Shown piece after piece: positions 23,001 to 34,712 of a stretch of 64,000 bases of DNA. The stretch spans positions 2,914,001 through 2,978,000 of the forward strand of contig CM030333.1 in NCBI GenBank assembly GCA_017654855.1. The letters are read 5' to 3'. Below the pieces are notes generated by a model that was given only the letters and a program-made list of their open reading frames with translations, made no database searches and was not told where the DNA came from. How positions within the stretch are numbered: the first letter of the stretch is position 1; each line of letters starts with the position of its first letter. The translations under genes were made by a program, and so were the position numbers. This DNA comes from Podospora anserina. Lineage: Eukaryota.

Positions 23001-25905
23001 GCCATGCTCCCCGTAGTGGTGCAGGTCGGTCTGACATGCCTTGAAATGGCCCTTGGTGACCTCCTCCGATCCTTTGGGCTCAGGCCTAGCGTTGTCGTGG
23101 GACACAGTCTCGGAGAGTACGCGGCGCTGTATGTGGCCGGTGTCCTTTCAGCGTCTGACGCGATTTATGTCGTCGGGAAGCGAGCCGAGCTTCTTCAGGA
23201 ACGCTGTCAGCGCGGTACCCATTCTATGCTAGCCGCTAGAGCTTCAGCTGCCTCTCTTACCGAGACGTTGGAAGGGTTGAGCTGTGATGTTGCGTGTATC
23301 AATGGCCCGCATGATACTGTCGTGAGCGGCTCGATCGAGGATATCACCGAGGCGCAACGTGTCCTCGCTGGAAAGGGGATCAAGGCGACAGTATTGAAGC
23401 TTCCGTTTGCCTTTCATTCGGCTCAGGTGCAGCCGATTCTGGAAGACTTTGAGAAACTGGCAGGTGGGGTGTCTTTCTCAAAACCGGTTGTGCCTGTCTT
23501 GTCGCCACTATTGGGCAATATCATTAACGAGGAAGGTGCCATCGGTGCCAACTATCTTGCCAGACATTGCCGCGAGGCGGTCGATATGGTCAAAGCTCTC
23601 GAGACAGCCAGAGATAAGGGCCTCATCAACGATAAGACCATCATCGTCGAGCTTGGGCCAAAACCGTTGCTCAGCGGCATGGTGAAGATGACACTCGGAA
23701 ACAACATGACCACGCTATCCACTCTGCATCAGAATACAGACGTCTGGCCTAATCTCACCACCATCCTGTCGACCATCTACACTGCTGGTCTCGACGTCAA
23801 CTGGGTCGCCTATCACGCCCCTTTTGACTCGGCCAAGAAAGTGATCCCTCTACCCGACTATGGCTGGGACTTGAAGGAGTACTACATCCCTTACGAAGGC
23901 GACTGGTGCCTGCACCGCCACGAGATCAAATGCGACTGCGCTGATGCCGGCAAAGAGGTGCACACTTCTGCCTACCAGGTGCCCACCGAGTCGCCCCTTC
24001 GCAAGCCATCAAAGCTGGATGCCACGAAAGAAGCCTACCCTGAAATCAAGACTACAACCACTGTCCACCGTGTGGTCGAAGAGAAGACAGAGCCGTTGGG
24101 AGCCACCTTTATCGTCGAAACAGACATGTCCCGTGCCGATGTCAACCCTATCGCACAAGGCCACCTCGTCGATGGCATCCCCCTCGCCACGCCTTCATTC
24201 TACGCCGACATTGCCCTCCAAGTCGGCAGATACTCCATGGCCCGACTGCGAGCCGGACACCCCGGAGCCCTGGACGGCCTCGTTGACGTGTGTGATCTTG
24301 TTGTCGACAAAGCCCTTATTCCCCACGGACAAGGTCCCCAGCTCCTCCGCACTACCTTGACAATGAGCTGGCCTCCCAAGGCAGCCGCCACCACCCGGAA
24401 AGCCACCGTCAAGTTCGCAACATATCTCCCCGACGGAAAGCTCGACACGGAGCACGCCACCTGCAGAGTCCGCTTCACTACAGATGCCCAGCACAAGTCC
24501 CTCCAAAAGAAAGTACCCGACTACAAGGCCAAGATCCACCAGCTCCACGATGGCATGGCGAAGGGAAGATGCCTCCGATACACCCGCAAGAGCGGGTACA
24601 AGCTCATGAGCAGCATGGCTACTTTCCACCCTGATTACAAGCTCCTCGACAATCTGATTCTCAATGAGGCAGAAAATGAAGCAACTTGTAAGATGAACTT
24701 TTCCGATGCCAAGAGCGAAGGGGACTTTGCTGCCCATCCAGCGTATGTGGATGCCATCACCCAGGTGGCTGGGTTTGCCATGAACGCCAGTGACGAGACG
24801 GATATTGCCAAGGAGGTGTATGTCAACCATGGCTGGGGGTCGTTGCAGATCTATGAGCCGCTAGTGAAGGGGAAGGAGTATGAGGTTTACACCAAGTTCA
24901 GCAGGGATAAGGGGGGTGATCTTGCTCACGGTGATGTGGTTGTTCTGCATGGGGACAAAGTGGTGGCGTTCTTTGGGAATCTGTCGGTAAGTTGTCGTGA
25001 CGTCTATTTCTTTTCAGTGTGTTTGATGAAGGGTAAGATGCTGATACTCGATGATACAGCTGCGGAACGTGCCACGAAAGGCATTGCATGTTGTGCTCAA
25101 GTCAGCACTTGACAAAGGCATCCGTCAACGCGGCGGAAACCCGACAGCTCCTGCGAAGTCCAAGCCATCATTTGTTGATGTCAAACCAACGCCTGCTCCG
25201 ATGACGACGAAGCAAGCAACCCAGCCAGCGTCAGCCTCAGACCCGGTGAAGAAAAGGACAGCCCCTAAACCCAAGGCAAAGACTTGTGGGACACCCAATG
25301 ATGAGAAGTTCCACGCGGTCCTGCGGGTTGTTTCCGAGGAGAGCGGTGTTGCTCTCGAGGAGCTCACAGATGAGAGCAACTTTGTCGACATGGGCATCGA
25401 CTCACTGAGCTCCATGGTGATTGGCAGTAGAATGAGGGAAGACTTGGGCATGGACATGGCCTCGGAATTCTCGCTCTTCATTGACTGCCCAACTGTTGGT
25501 GCCTTGAGAAACTACTTGGGTGCTTCTTCTACCGCAGCAGAAGTAGAAGATGACGAAGATGACGAATACCATGACGCCGAGCCGGTTGCAAGTCAACAGA
25601 CACAAGACCCATACTTTGCACATGTTACAACCCGAGCTTCCGATGTATTGGCAACACCCACCACGGAGTCTGGCGCAGCCTTCGACAGCAGCCAGTTTCC
25701 TGCCGCACTGAAGATCATCTCTGAGGAAAGCGGCGTCGCGATTGAAGAACTCACCACCGAGACAATCTTTTCCGACATTGGTATAGACTCCCTCAGCTCC
25801 ATGGTCATCTCCAGTCGTTTCAAAGAGGAACTCGGCCTAGGCCTCGACTCAGCCTTCTCCCTCTTCGACGACGTCCCCACCGTGGCCAAACTCTCCGCGT
25901 TCCTC

Positions 25906-25936
<31 letters not shown>

Positions 25937-26957
25937 GCAGCAGCAATCTTGCTCCGGAAGAAGTCGCCTCCATCTCTTCCACCACCTCAGACCTAGACCA
26001 TAGCTCCTCTATCCACGAAAGCAGCAGCAGCAGCGCCAGCGAACCCGAGGATGACGACAACGATTACCCCCCATCCATCAAGCGCGTGCCACACTGCCGT
26101 CCCTGCACGTCCGTCATCCTCCAAAGCCTCCCCCGCGTCGCAAAAAGAACCCTCTTTCTCCTCCCGGACGGCGGCGGCTCCGCATCCTCCTACGTCCCCC
26201 TCCCCCGCCTCAAATCCGACGTCGCCGTCGTCGGCCTCAACTGCCCCTACGCGCGCGACCCCGAAAACATGAACTGCACCCACACAGCCATGATCGAGTC
26301 TTTTTGTGCCGAAATCCGGCGCCGCCAACCCCACGGGCCATATCACCTAGGCGGGTGGTCCTCGGGTGGGGCGTTCGCCTACGTCGTGGCGGAGGCGCTG
26401 GTGAATTCCGGGGAGGAGGTCGGGAGCATCATCATCATCGACGCGCCGGTGCCACAGGTGATGGAGAAGTTGCCGGATAGCTTTTACAAGCATTGTAATA
26501 GTGTGGGGTTGTTTGCGAACCAGCCTGGGGGGCAGGGGGGTAGTACTGAGCCGCCGGGGTATTTGATTCCGCATTTTCAGGCGGTGGTGGATGTCATGTT
26601 GGATTACAAGGTTGCTCCGCTTAAAGCCATCAGTGGTAGGATGCCCAAGGTGGGCTTGATTTGGGCTGCGGAGACTGTGTTAAAGGAGAGCGAGGCGCCG
26701 AAGATGAAGGGGATGCATTTTATGGTGAAGAAGAGGGTTGATTTTGGACCGGATGGGTGGGATGGGGTGCTGCCTGGGGCCGAGTTTGATATTGTGAAGG
26801 CGGAGGGGGCGAATCATTTTACGCTTATGGTGAGTGGACTGATTTGTTGTGAGGAATATGAAGATGGGATGTTGGCTAACGAACAGAACAGAGCAAGGAG
26901 CATGTCGGGTTGATTAGCGATCTGATTGACCGTGTTATGAGTGGTTATACTGGGTGA
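20071..26957 (+). CDS. stcA: Non-reducing PKS, norsolorinic acid synthase (SAT-KS-AT-PT-ACP-ACP-TE)
   Basis: LFGDQT, GVCTG (SAT), DTACSSS (KS), GHSLG (AT), GHLVDG (PT), two GIDSLSS ACPs and GWSSG (TE). Introns 20358-20413, 24987-25059 and 26830-26891; ends [21 protein letters not shown]. Confidence 0.96.
25906..25935 (+). repeat. (AAC)10 coding microsatellite giving poly-Asn after ACP2 of StcA
   Basis: Ten AAC triplets in frame. Confidence 0.95.
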
Positions 26958-27510
26958 GAAGATATGGGGAAGGGTTTTGACTGTGACGAAGTTATGAGTT
27001 TTATTCACTGTATCTAGGCGAGTTGTGATATTTGAGTTCGTTGGCGTTTTCTGGATGGTCAGGCTTGAACTTGTATCTCTGATCTCTTATGACCAGTTGG
27101 GGTTTTATTGCTAATCCCTTGTCCTTCGTATTGCTACCTCGTTCGTTCTGGAGAAATGGTTCATTCGATTCACGTTAATGGGCGTAACCCCTAAATATCT
27201 TATTGCTCGCTCCACTCCCATCACCACTGTTCATTCCTCAACTGTGGGAGGTATTACTCCCGGCGGATTGGTCAAGCAGGTTGCTCCAGGGCTTGGGCTT
27301 CGGCCTGAGGCCCACTTATTGGTGAGAAGATAGGAAAAGGTTTTTGCTCTCTGGAGCTGTTTGTTTGAGTATCTAAGAATATCATCAACTATTACACATC
27401 TCTGCGGACGTACAACATCAACCCACCCGGCCCCTAAGATTACACCCGCCCCCACTCCTCCGCTAACCACTCCAAAACCAGCATGCCACTGCCCGCACCA
27501 CCAAAACACT

Positions 27511-27537
27511 CATCATCATCATCATCATCATCATCAT
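27511..27537. repeat. (CAT)9 microsatellite between convergent stcA and stcO
   Basis: Nine CAT triplets. Confidence 0.9.
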
Positions 27538-27580
27538 TATCCCTAGAGTCACAAACTACAAATAAGCCCATGCTCACACA

Positions 27581-28486
27581 CTAACTACTTCTCACCGTCA
27601 CGGTCGCATAAGCAGGCAACCCGGGAGCCTCAGCATACATACCAATCGCGAAAAAAGGCGCCATTGGGCCATACAAAAATGTCACCCCCTCTCTCAACCG
27701 TTCCCCCACCCTCCCCATCGCCCCCTTGACTAGGAACCCCATCAATGGCATCCATTTTTCTCTCACCTTCCCCCTCGCCGTGACGCCCACTGCCTTTCCG
27801 TGAAGCCGTTCCTTAGTCGTGGCAAGCTCGCACATCGCCGCCCCAAGATCGGCGTAACTAAGCGCGACGTCTTGCTTTTCGTCTGCTCGGGTGACGAGAG
27901 AATATCCCGTCGGGGGGGACTCGTGAAGCGTGGGCGGGTCGATGAGTATGTAATTTAACAACCCGTTTCTGGAAGCTGGAATGTAGAGGTTGCATGCCTG
28001 TTCTAGGTCGGAGTAGCTGTTGTGGAGACAGAAACTGACAATGGAGTGGACTAGCTTGGGCACTTGGGAGGAGAGGGCGGGGTTGAGGCTTGCGGTGCGG
28101 AGTTGGAGGATTGTGGGGGGTTGGTAGTGGCTCTTGTTGGTGAGCGAGATGGTGGTGAGGGAGGAGATGATGGCTGATGCGGTGGTGGAGTGGAGGGTTG
28201 TGCCGGGGTTGCTGGCGTTGGTGCCGACGCAGTTGAGGATTGTGGTTGCTGAGGTTAGGCAGGGGGTTAGGGAGTGGGGAGAGGTGGAGGTGCCTTCGAA
28301 GATGTGGATTTTGAAAGGAGGGGGAGGGCGGGATGAGAGGAGGGTTGGGAAGGTTTGGAGGAGTTTGGGTTTGGAGCGGACGAGGATGTTGAGTTGGATT
28401 AGGTCTTCAGGGGGGTTTTGGAGGAGGTGGCGGAGGACGCTGGTGCCGGTTGCGCCGGTAGCTCCGAGGAGGGCGTAGGTGGACAT
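27581..28486 (-). CDS. stcO: NAD(P)-binding oxidoreductase (avfA/aflI-like)
   Basis: YALLGATGATGTSVLRHLL, QLRTASLNP, DPPTLH and LSYADLG match my recollection of StcO/AvfA. Confidence 0.88.
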   Translation of the reverse strand: MSTYALLGATGATGTSVLRHLLQNPPEDLIQLNILVRSKPKLLQTFPTLLSSRPPPPFKIHIFEGTSTSPHSLTPCLTSATTILNCVGTNASNPGTTLHSTTASAIISSLTTISLTNKSHYQPPTILQLRTASLNPALSSQVPKLVHSIVSFCLHNSYSDLEQACNLYIPASRNGLLNYILIDPPTLHESPPTGYSLVTRADEKQDVALSYADLGAAMCELATTKERLHGKAVGVTARGKVREKWMPLMGFLVKGAMGRVGERLREGVTFLYGPMAPFFAIGMYAEAPGLPAYATVTVRSS

Positions 28487-28642
28487 GTTGATGATGGGTG
28501 AGCTTCTTTTGGTGGCGTTTACCTATGGATAGTCAGTCTCTTTCACCACGGGTGTACTGATGCCTACATGTATGCGTGGAATAGGTAGGTGAGTGATGGG
28601 TGGAGATCTGGCTTGCTGTTGGTTGATGAAGCTACTGCAATA

Positions 28643-28668
28643 TCGGTGTACGATATTTCGGGGAGCGA
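28643..28668. promoter_or_regulatory. Tandem AflR sites upstream of stcO
   Basis: TCGGTGTACGA (28643-28653) and TCGGGGAGCGA (28658-28668), 4 bp apart. Confidence 0.8.
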
Positions 28669-28917
28669 ATTCGTTGGCAAGTGCTCGTCGTACCGCACAA
28701 TTGTGTCGCTAACCTGACTCAACTAAGCAACTTTTTGCTTTGGTGTCAACACAAATGACGTTATGGACATGTATTAGGAGTCATCGTTCCATCAAGACAA
28801 CCTTGAAGCCATGCAAGAAGTTAATGGTAGCAGAAGTCGCATTCGCCCTTTCCTATTCACCTTGGTCTGCATTCGTGTACATGCTACCTAATAGTATCAA
28901 CGCGTACATCCAATCCC

Positions 28918-30229
28918 TTACTTTGGAACCGTGACAATAATAGACTGCATCTTGGAGTCATACTGATGAATCTCCACAATCTTCAACCCAGCCTCGCTCA
29001 ACAGCGCCTCCCACTCAGGCTTAGTTCGCTCAACGCCTCCCAAGCTGTTCATCATAATCAAATCCATGTACGCCGACTGCCAAGGCACGCCCATTTCAGG
29101 AAGCACCACGTCGTCGATGATCAAACACGAGTCCGGGCCCATGGCAGGAATGATGTTCTTCAAGATCTGCAAAGATTCCTTGTCGGGCCAGTCGTGGAGC
29201 ACATGACGGAGATAATACAGCTTGGCCCCCTTGACAGTCTGTGGGCCGAAGAAGTCGTGCTCGACAAACTCAATGCCCGGAACCGGCCTGGCACCCGCCA
29301 GAGTTTGCGGGATGTCTTGGACAATAACGCGGCCGGGGAGGTTGGGAAACTTTGCCTTGAATGCGATGGCCTGCTGGCCAAAACCGCCGCCTACGTCTAC
29401 CAAGACGGCCTCGTCGGGTTTGGTGGCAAGGGAACCGAGCCTCTCCTCGACGGGATACTTGTCTACCCAATGAACTGGGCGTTCCAGTGCCATCAGGTGG
29501 CCTAGGCTCTTCATGTGCTTTGGGTGCTGAGGCATCCACTCAAAGAGCGTCAGGTCAGTGTCGAAGGCTTTCTGGAAGACGGTCTGCTTGTTGGAGGTGA
29601 TGTTTTGGTACTTGGTCTCGGCGAGAAAGTCGGGCATGGCCTGGGTACACGGGCCGGGAATATCGAAGCTACAGAAATAGTTAGCTTCTGCCGTTCTGGA
29701 GTCGTTGAGAGGGAGACTGACAGTTGGCAAATAGCACCCGCCGCATTGGGGTTCGAAAAGACCTTGGTGAAGGCGCTGGCGGTGTATTCGTACTTCCCGG
29801 TCTCTTTCACGAGGCCAAATGCTGCCATGGTACGAAGGAGGCGCGCTGCTATGCATCAGTATTCCGAGCATCTGTTGCTGAACGTGAATCCATGATCCGT
29901 ACCCAAAAGTTGCGCCGAGGCCCCAGTTTGCTCAGTCAGCTGGCTCAGCGTGACAGGAATATCACTCTGTGTGAGGGTCGTGAAAATGTTGAGGTCGATG
30001 CCAATCTTGGCCAGAGCCAGTTGAAGAGGCTTCAAGCACTGTTAGCCCCCTATATCTGACTAGGTGGATGCCGTAAAGGAAAACATACCCCGCTGGTGAG
30101 TCTCATAACAACATCCCAGTCTGAATAGAAGCCAACTTGCAGCTCACGGATGTAGCCCTGGATCTCTCTTTTCCCGGCATCCTCTGCCTTGGCGTAGAGC
30201 TCTTTGATCTGATTGAAGATGGACTCCAT
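28918..30229 (-). CDS. stcP: O-methyltransferase (demethylsterigmatocystin O-methyltransferase, omtB/aflO-like), multi-exon
   Basis: N-terminus MESIFNQIKELY...IRELQVGFYSDWDVVMRL, VDVGGGFG SAM motif, LHDW and ERT. Confidence 0.92.
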
Positions 30230-30409
30230 ATTGACAGTATGTAGTGGAACAGTACCTAGTGCGTGGTGGAAGGTAATACCGTGGTATTCTGTGTGACCAC
30301 TTTGGGCTGCGAGAGATGTCCTCAAGTAGTATGGGTCTAAACCGGGAAAGGGATGGGTGTACTGATTTACTCCGAGATATCGGTAAAACACAATTCGGAT
30401 TGTGAAGAT

Positions 30410-31207
30410 CTATGGAAGCGGGTATTCACCCAGATAGCGATATGTCCAGGGCATGTAATGATACAACAGCCCCGTCAAGGCAAAGTAAATGCCATCCCAC
30501 GGAAATTTGACATGGTCCGACGTTGGCAGCACGCTGACATTCCGCATACCGTACTTTCCATCCTCACTGGCCGCTATCTCCACCATTCCCGCCGCCAGGT
30601 CCAAGAAGGAGAGCGGCGTCTTGGCTGTCTCGGTGCTGATCTCGTGGCCACTCTGCCGGTCATGAACCAACCCTCCGGGCTTGACAAAGACGGAAGTCAC
30701 CCAGCCCTGCTGCGCTCGCAGGAACTTCTCGGCTTCAGCGAGGTCCTTGTAGAGATATGATACGGCAGTGCTGAGGATCGAGTGAACAAAGGCAGGAACG
30801 TCTCCGCAGAAGGACTCCTCGAGTGAGGCTGAGGAGAGCTGGATGAGTTTCGGAAGCCGTGGGTGGGAGTTGTGCTGGTCAGCCTCATGCCGAATCCGAT
30901 CGAGAGCCGAGATGACAACCGATGCCGTGTCCCGAGCCACGGTGCAACCTGGCATATTGTCCACTATTGCAACCACGAGGAACACGGCCCGGGTACCGCG
31001 GATGCAGTCGGCAATGAGCGAGATATCGTCGAGATGACCTTCAAACACCTTCACCTGCTTGTTGTTGGCGGCTTCGGGGCAGACACGGAAGAGCTTCTCT
31101 TTGGACCGACAATAGGCGTTGATCCGGTTGACGGGTGATTGCAGGAGGATTTGCATCAGAGCTTTGCCCGTGTTGCCTGTGGCACCAAGCACTGCATAAG
31201 AAGGCAT
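30410..31207 (-). CDS. stcQ: NAD(P)-binding oxidoreductase (ordB/aflX-like)
   Basis: MPSYAVLGATGNTG, AYCRSKEKLFRVCP, FVKPGGLVHD and LSFLDLAAGMVE; single exon. Confidence 0.9.
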   Translation of the reverse strand: MPSYAVLGATGNTGKALMQILLQSPVNRINAYCRSKEKLFRVCPEAANNKQVKVFEGHLDDISLIADCIRGTRAVFLVVAIVDNMPGCTVARDTASVVISALDRIRHEADQHNSHPRLPKLIQLSSASLEESFCGDVPAFVHSILSTAVSYLYKDLAEAEKFLRAQQGWVTSVFVKPGGLVHDRQSGHEISTETAKTPLSFLDLAAGMVEIAASEDGKYGMRNVSVLPTSDHVKFPWDGIYFALTGLLYHYMPWTYRYLGEYPLP

Positions 31208-31340
31208 CGTTGATAGCTATCCCGAGCCAGCACGGCAAACGCTTTGTGGAATGAGATGAGGGAAAGTCGATTATCGCACATGCCTAAGTACCTTAGCTGG
31301 GAGGGCCATTCCTGTCAGCAACGCCAAGTCCGAGGCGTTC

Positions 31341-31351
31341 TCGGTGACCGA
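31341..31351. promoter_or_regulatory. AflR site centred in the stcQ/stcR divergent promoter
   Basis: TCGGTGACCGA lies about 130 bp from each ATG. Confidence 0.8.
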
Positions 31352-31480
31352 TACCCCTCCCCGATGCAGCTGTCATGGCCGGTACAGTACCTGATTGGCG
31401 TACAAGTTAACACTCTTTCCTCAGCATCAACGAGCAGGTGAGGTGCTCTGTCAAGTTTCCGCTTCCAATTCACAACCGCA

Positions 31481-33033
31481 ATGGCTTTCCCAAGAGAAAG
31501 ATGCATCCCCAAAGAGATCTCCCCGTATAACATTCAACTTTCGCCTGAAGACACTCCAGGCAATACCCACGTCAAGGTTTTGACCCAAGAAAGCGCAGAC
31601 AAGGTCTCTGAGCTGCTGATGGTAAATCATGTACGCTACCACACTCTCTTTGATGCCGTGGGCTTCCACAGTAAGTTCGCAAACGCATTGTACTGTAAAC
31701 TGTATGAAACGGCTTCTGACATGGCTCTGTAGACCACACCGTGCACCATCTTCTCACACTTTGGGCCCTGGGCGCCACTCCATCAGAGGTGCAGGCCATG
31801 TACGATCTCAACAAGCCGTACCAGGCCCTCATCCAGTACCATCCAGCGTCAGTAGCTGCGGTTAAACTGAAAGAACCTGCATTCTTCAAGCAGTGCATTG
31901 GAAACCTGGACTACTACCAGGACTATGTTCGGTTTTTCCAAGACGAGATCGCCGTGAGGGGGGTCCCGGCTGTCGTGAACGAGTACCTGTTCAAGGGGGA
32001 TGAGTTATCCGACGACATTTTTGCGCGCATGCATTCTGGCTTTCTCCATCCTATGATCCACCTCGGCTGTGGCCTGGAGTTTAGCCAACCCTGTCTCGTC
32101 GCCGAGGCTCTCGCAGCGGGCTGTGTTCATGACGAATGGCCAGAGTGGTTCATCTTCCCAGTGGAGGAATATCTCAAGTCGAACCCGGATGTCCCGTCAA
32201 AATCGCTGCTGGAAATCGTCACTGGTCTTCAAAACGACCCCGTCATTGCTAACGCCGTGACACCTGACGACCCCCTCAACAAGATATCTGACGGCCTCTT
32301 GAAAAAGGTGGCCAAAGAGCTGGTGCCATATCTGGCCTCATACCAAGTCGATGCAACACCAGAGGACCTCCAACAAAAGACCACCGCCATGATACACACC
32401 TGCGCGTACATTCTCGGGGCAGCCCAGCATCCCGGCAAGGTAGAAGCCATCGACTTTGTCATGCTTCACATGTCCACGCTGGGAATCTTCTACCCGACCT
32501 TTATGGCACAAGATTGGATCTCCAACGAAAACAAGAAGCGGATGCTGCAGTGGAAGGCTTGGGGAGATGCGGTGATGTATGCCGGGTGCGGATGTCCCAA
32601 GCTGTACCCTGAGAGGGTTACTGGGTACACCCCTAAGCGCCCCCAGGACGGCTGGCCAGAACTCTGTCACCGGGCCAATGTCTATGGTGACGATGGACAC
32701 ATTTCCAAGGTCATCCGGGCTATGCTAAACACCCAGGAGCTACCCGAGCCGGTGGAAGGATTCCCCCTGGCGAAGAAGGATTTCCTCAAGATTGCGCATC
32801 TGGCTTTGGACTCTGTGGAGAGGATGCTGGAGCCAGGACAGTACAAAGTCCCTGATAAGATCAAAAAGACTGTGGCAGAAGAAATGCGACAAGATGAGGA
32901 GATTGTTAGGGTAATGGTGCGGTGGGTGCGTTGGTGCGGTGTGGAAGGATCGTGGGATAACTTCCCGGACCTTGTTGAGAAATCACGGGATGAGGAGGCA
33001 GTGGTTGGAGATGCTAGAATCGCTGCGACATAA
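31481..33033 (+). CDS. stcR: AflY/HypA-family oxidase (questin oxidase-like, Baeyer-Villiger type)
   Basis: GFH|NHTVHHLLTLWALGA across intron 31671-31732; HPMIHLG, DFVMLH and DDGHISKVIRA. Confidence 0.87.
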
Positions 33034-33417
33034 CGTAGTATCATCACTTGTCCTGTACTGCTTATTTGCCAAGACATAATCCACAGCCTGGTGCTCTAGA
33101 ATCCGATTTAAAAATAGATACATATTATGACCTCTTCTATTTCATGTAGTATATTACTATATCGTTATTAGCCTTATATTAATACAAGCGTATTGCATGT
33201 TATCCCAGGCCGAGAATCCCACTTTGAGAATCTTACTACATGCTACCACAGGCACATGTTACATTGCAGATCATCGCTTCCGACCGTACTCAAGCTTCAT
33301 GTTCTTACGGACTCATAAAGCGATGGATAGTCCCACCGCTGCCTCTCCAGTTCTAAACCACCTCGTTTGAATCCTCCCTATGCAAAAGTAAATATAGATC
33401 GAATTACGGTTTCCAAT

Positions 33418-34161
33418 ATGCTCGTGACAACCCTTCTTTCCGCCATGTCAACCCTTTCAAGGGCGGCACCCACCACAACCACCGTCGACTCAACAGAACT
33501 CGGCCAAGGTCCTTACCACTACGACTTCGGCTGGACCAAACCCTTCATCAGCTCCTGCAGCAACAAGACTGTCGATGTCAAGTTCCGCTGGTCCATCAAA
33601 GGCCTCCAATACACCACCTCTTCCACATTCATGTCACCCACCGAAGAACAAGAACAGAAGCCCAGCATCGAGTCGACTTACTTCAGCTTCAACCTCACCA
33701 ACCCCGCCATCGGGGGCCTAGCTCGCTGCAACACCACCATGTCCGGGCCGATACCAAACGCGACCCATGTATTCTGGTGCGACAAGTGGCTTTCAGTCGA
33801 CGCTGGGACGGTTGGGCTGTATGGGACCCGTGGTCCACGGCTTCAACTGAGGTTTCATGAGAAGACGCTGTTGCTTAATGATGGGTGGAAGTGTGATGAG
33901 CCAGGGCAGAGAAGTAATGGCGAGTAAGTACATCCTTTCCTTTTGATTTGGCGATGACATGGATACCGCAAGGTGTTGACACAAAGTGTGTTCAGCATAC
34001 AATACAGCGCAAGAGGCCTTGTAGAACTGGAATACTCGCAGTGTACTGGGGCATCTTCAGTCACCGGTGACTGGAAGCCCGGTCAGATTTATTCGCAAAA
34101 GACAATCGGTTGTCGCGCTGACCAGATCGATCTTAAGCCGAATTATCTACTTGGGGTGTAG
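33418..34161 (+). CDS. Secreted Cys-containing protein, possibly AA1 (Alt a 1)-like
   Basis: Signal-like N-terminus, WSIKGLQY..FSFNLTNPA..WKCDE, six Cys; intron 33924-33995 joins two ORFs in frame. Confidence 0.65.
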
Positions 34162-34712
34162 TGAGTTGCCCTCCATGTTTGGTTGAGTGTAAACGTGGAA
34201 CTATGTACAAGCTACTGACGTTGAATTAGCTCTGCTGACCCCTTTTTCTTGGTTATTGGGGAGTGGTAAAATGTTGAAGTCCTGCACGTCTGGGACACAG
34301 ATGGTAGCATCTCCTTGCGTCACATTGAGATCGAGCGATAAGAGACATGATATATGAAAATCACTTGGAATTCATTTAAGAGCAGCTCTACTTGTACTCT
34401 ACTCTTTCAGTCGAGGAAGATGCCTTGAACATTTGTCCCTTGAAAAGGGGTGAATAAGGGGGTGCACAGTATGGCCACTCAGGCCACACAGTGCCCGCAC
34501 TGTTTGGGCCACAACGCTCCAGAAAAAATTCACAACTTTTGGCTGCCCGCAGTGATGAAGTCACACACACCCCAGCTCTCACTTTCACATTCAATCTCAA
34601 CCCTCATATTCCAGTCTGCTGCCTATCTATTGTCGTGAGAATCAATCTCGTGATTTCCCCTCATTTCAATTCGATTTTACGTCACTTCTGAGGCCCCCCT
34701 CAAACACCGAAA

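Noticed and set aside
1..33033. Calling the cluster a novel biosynthetic system or an aflatoxin cluster
   Set aside because: Gene content and order match the known ST cluster. No aflP/aflQ-like genes are visible, though the rest of the cluster lies outside the window.
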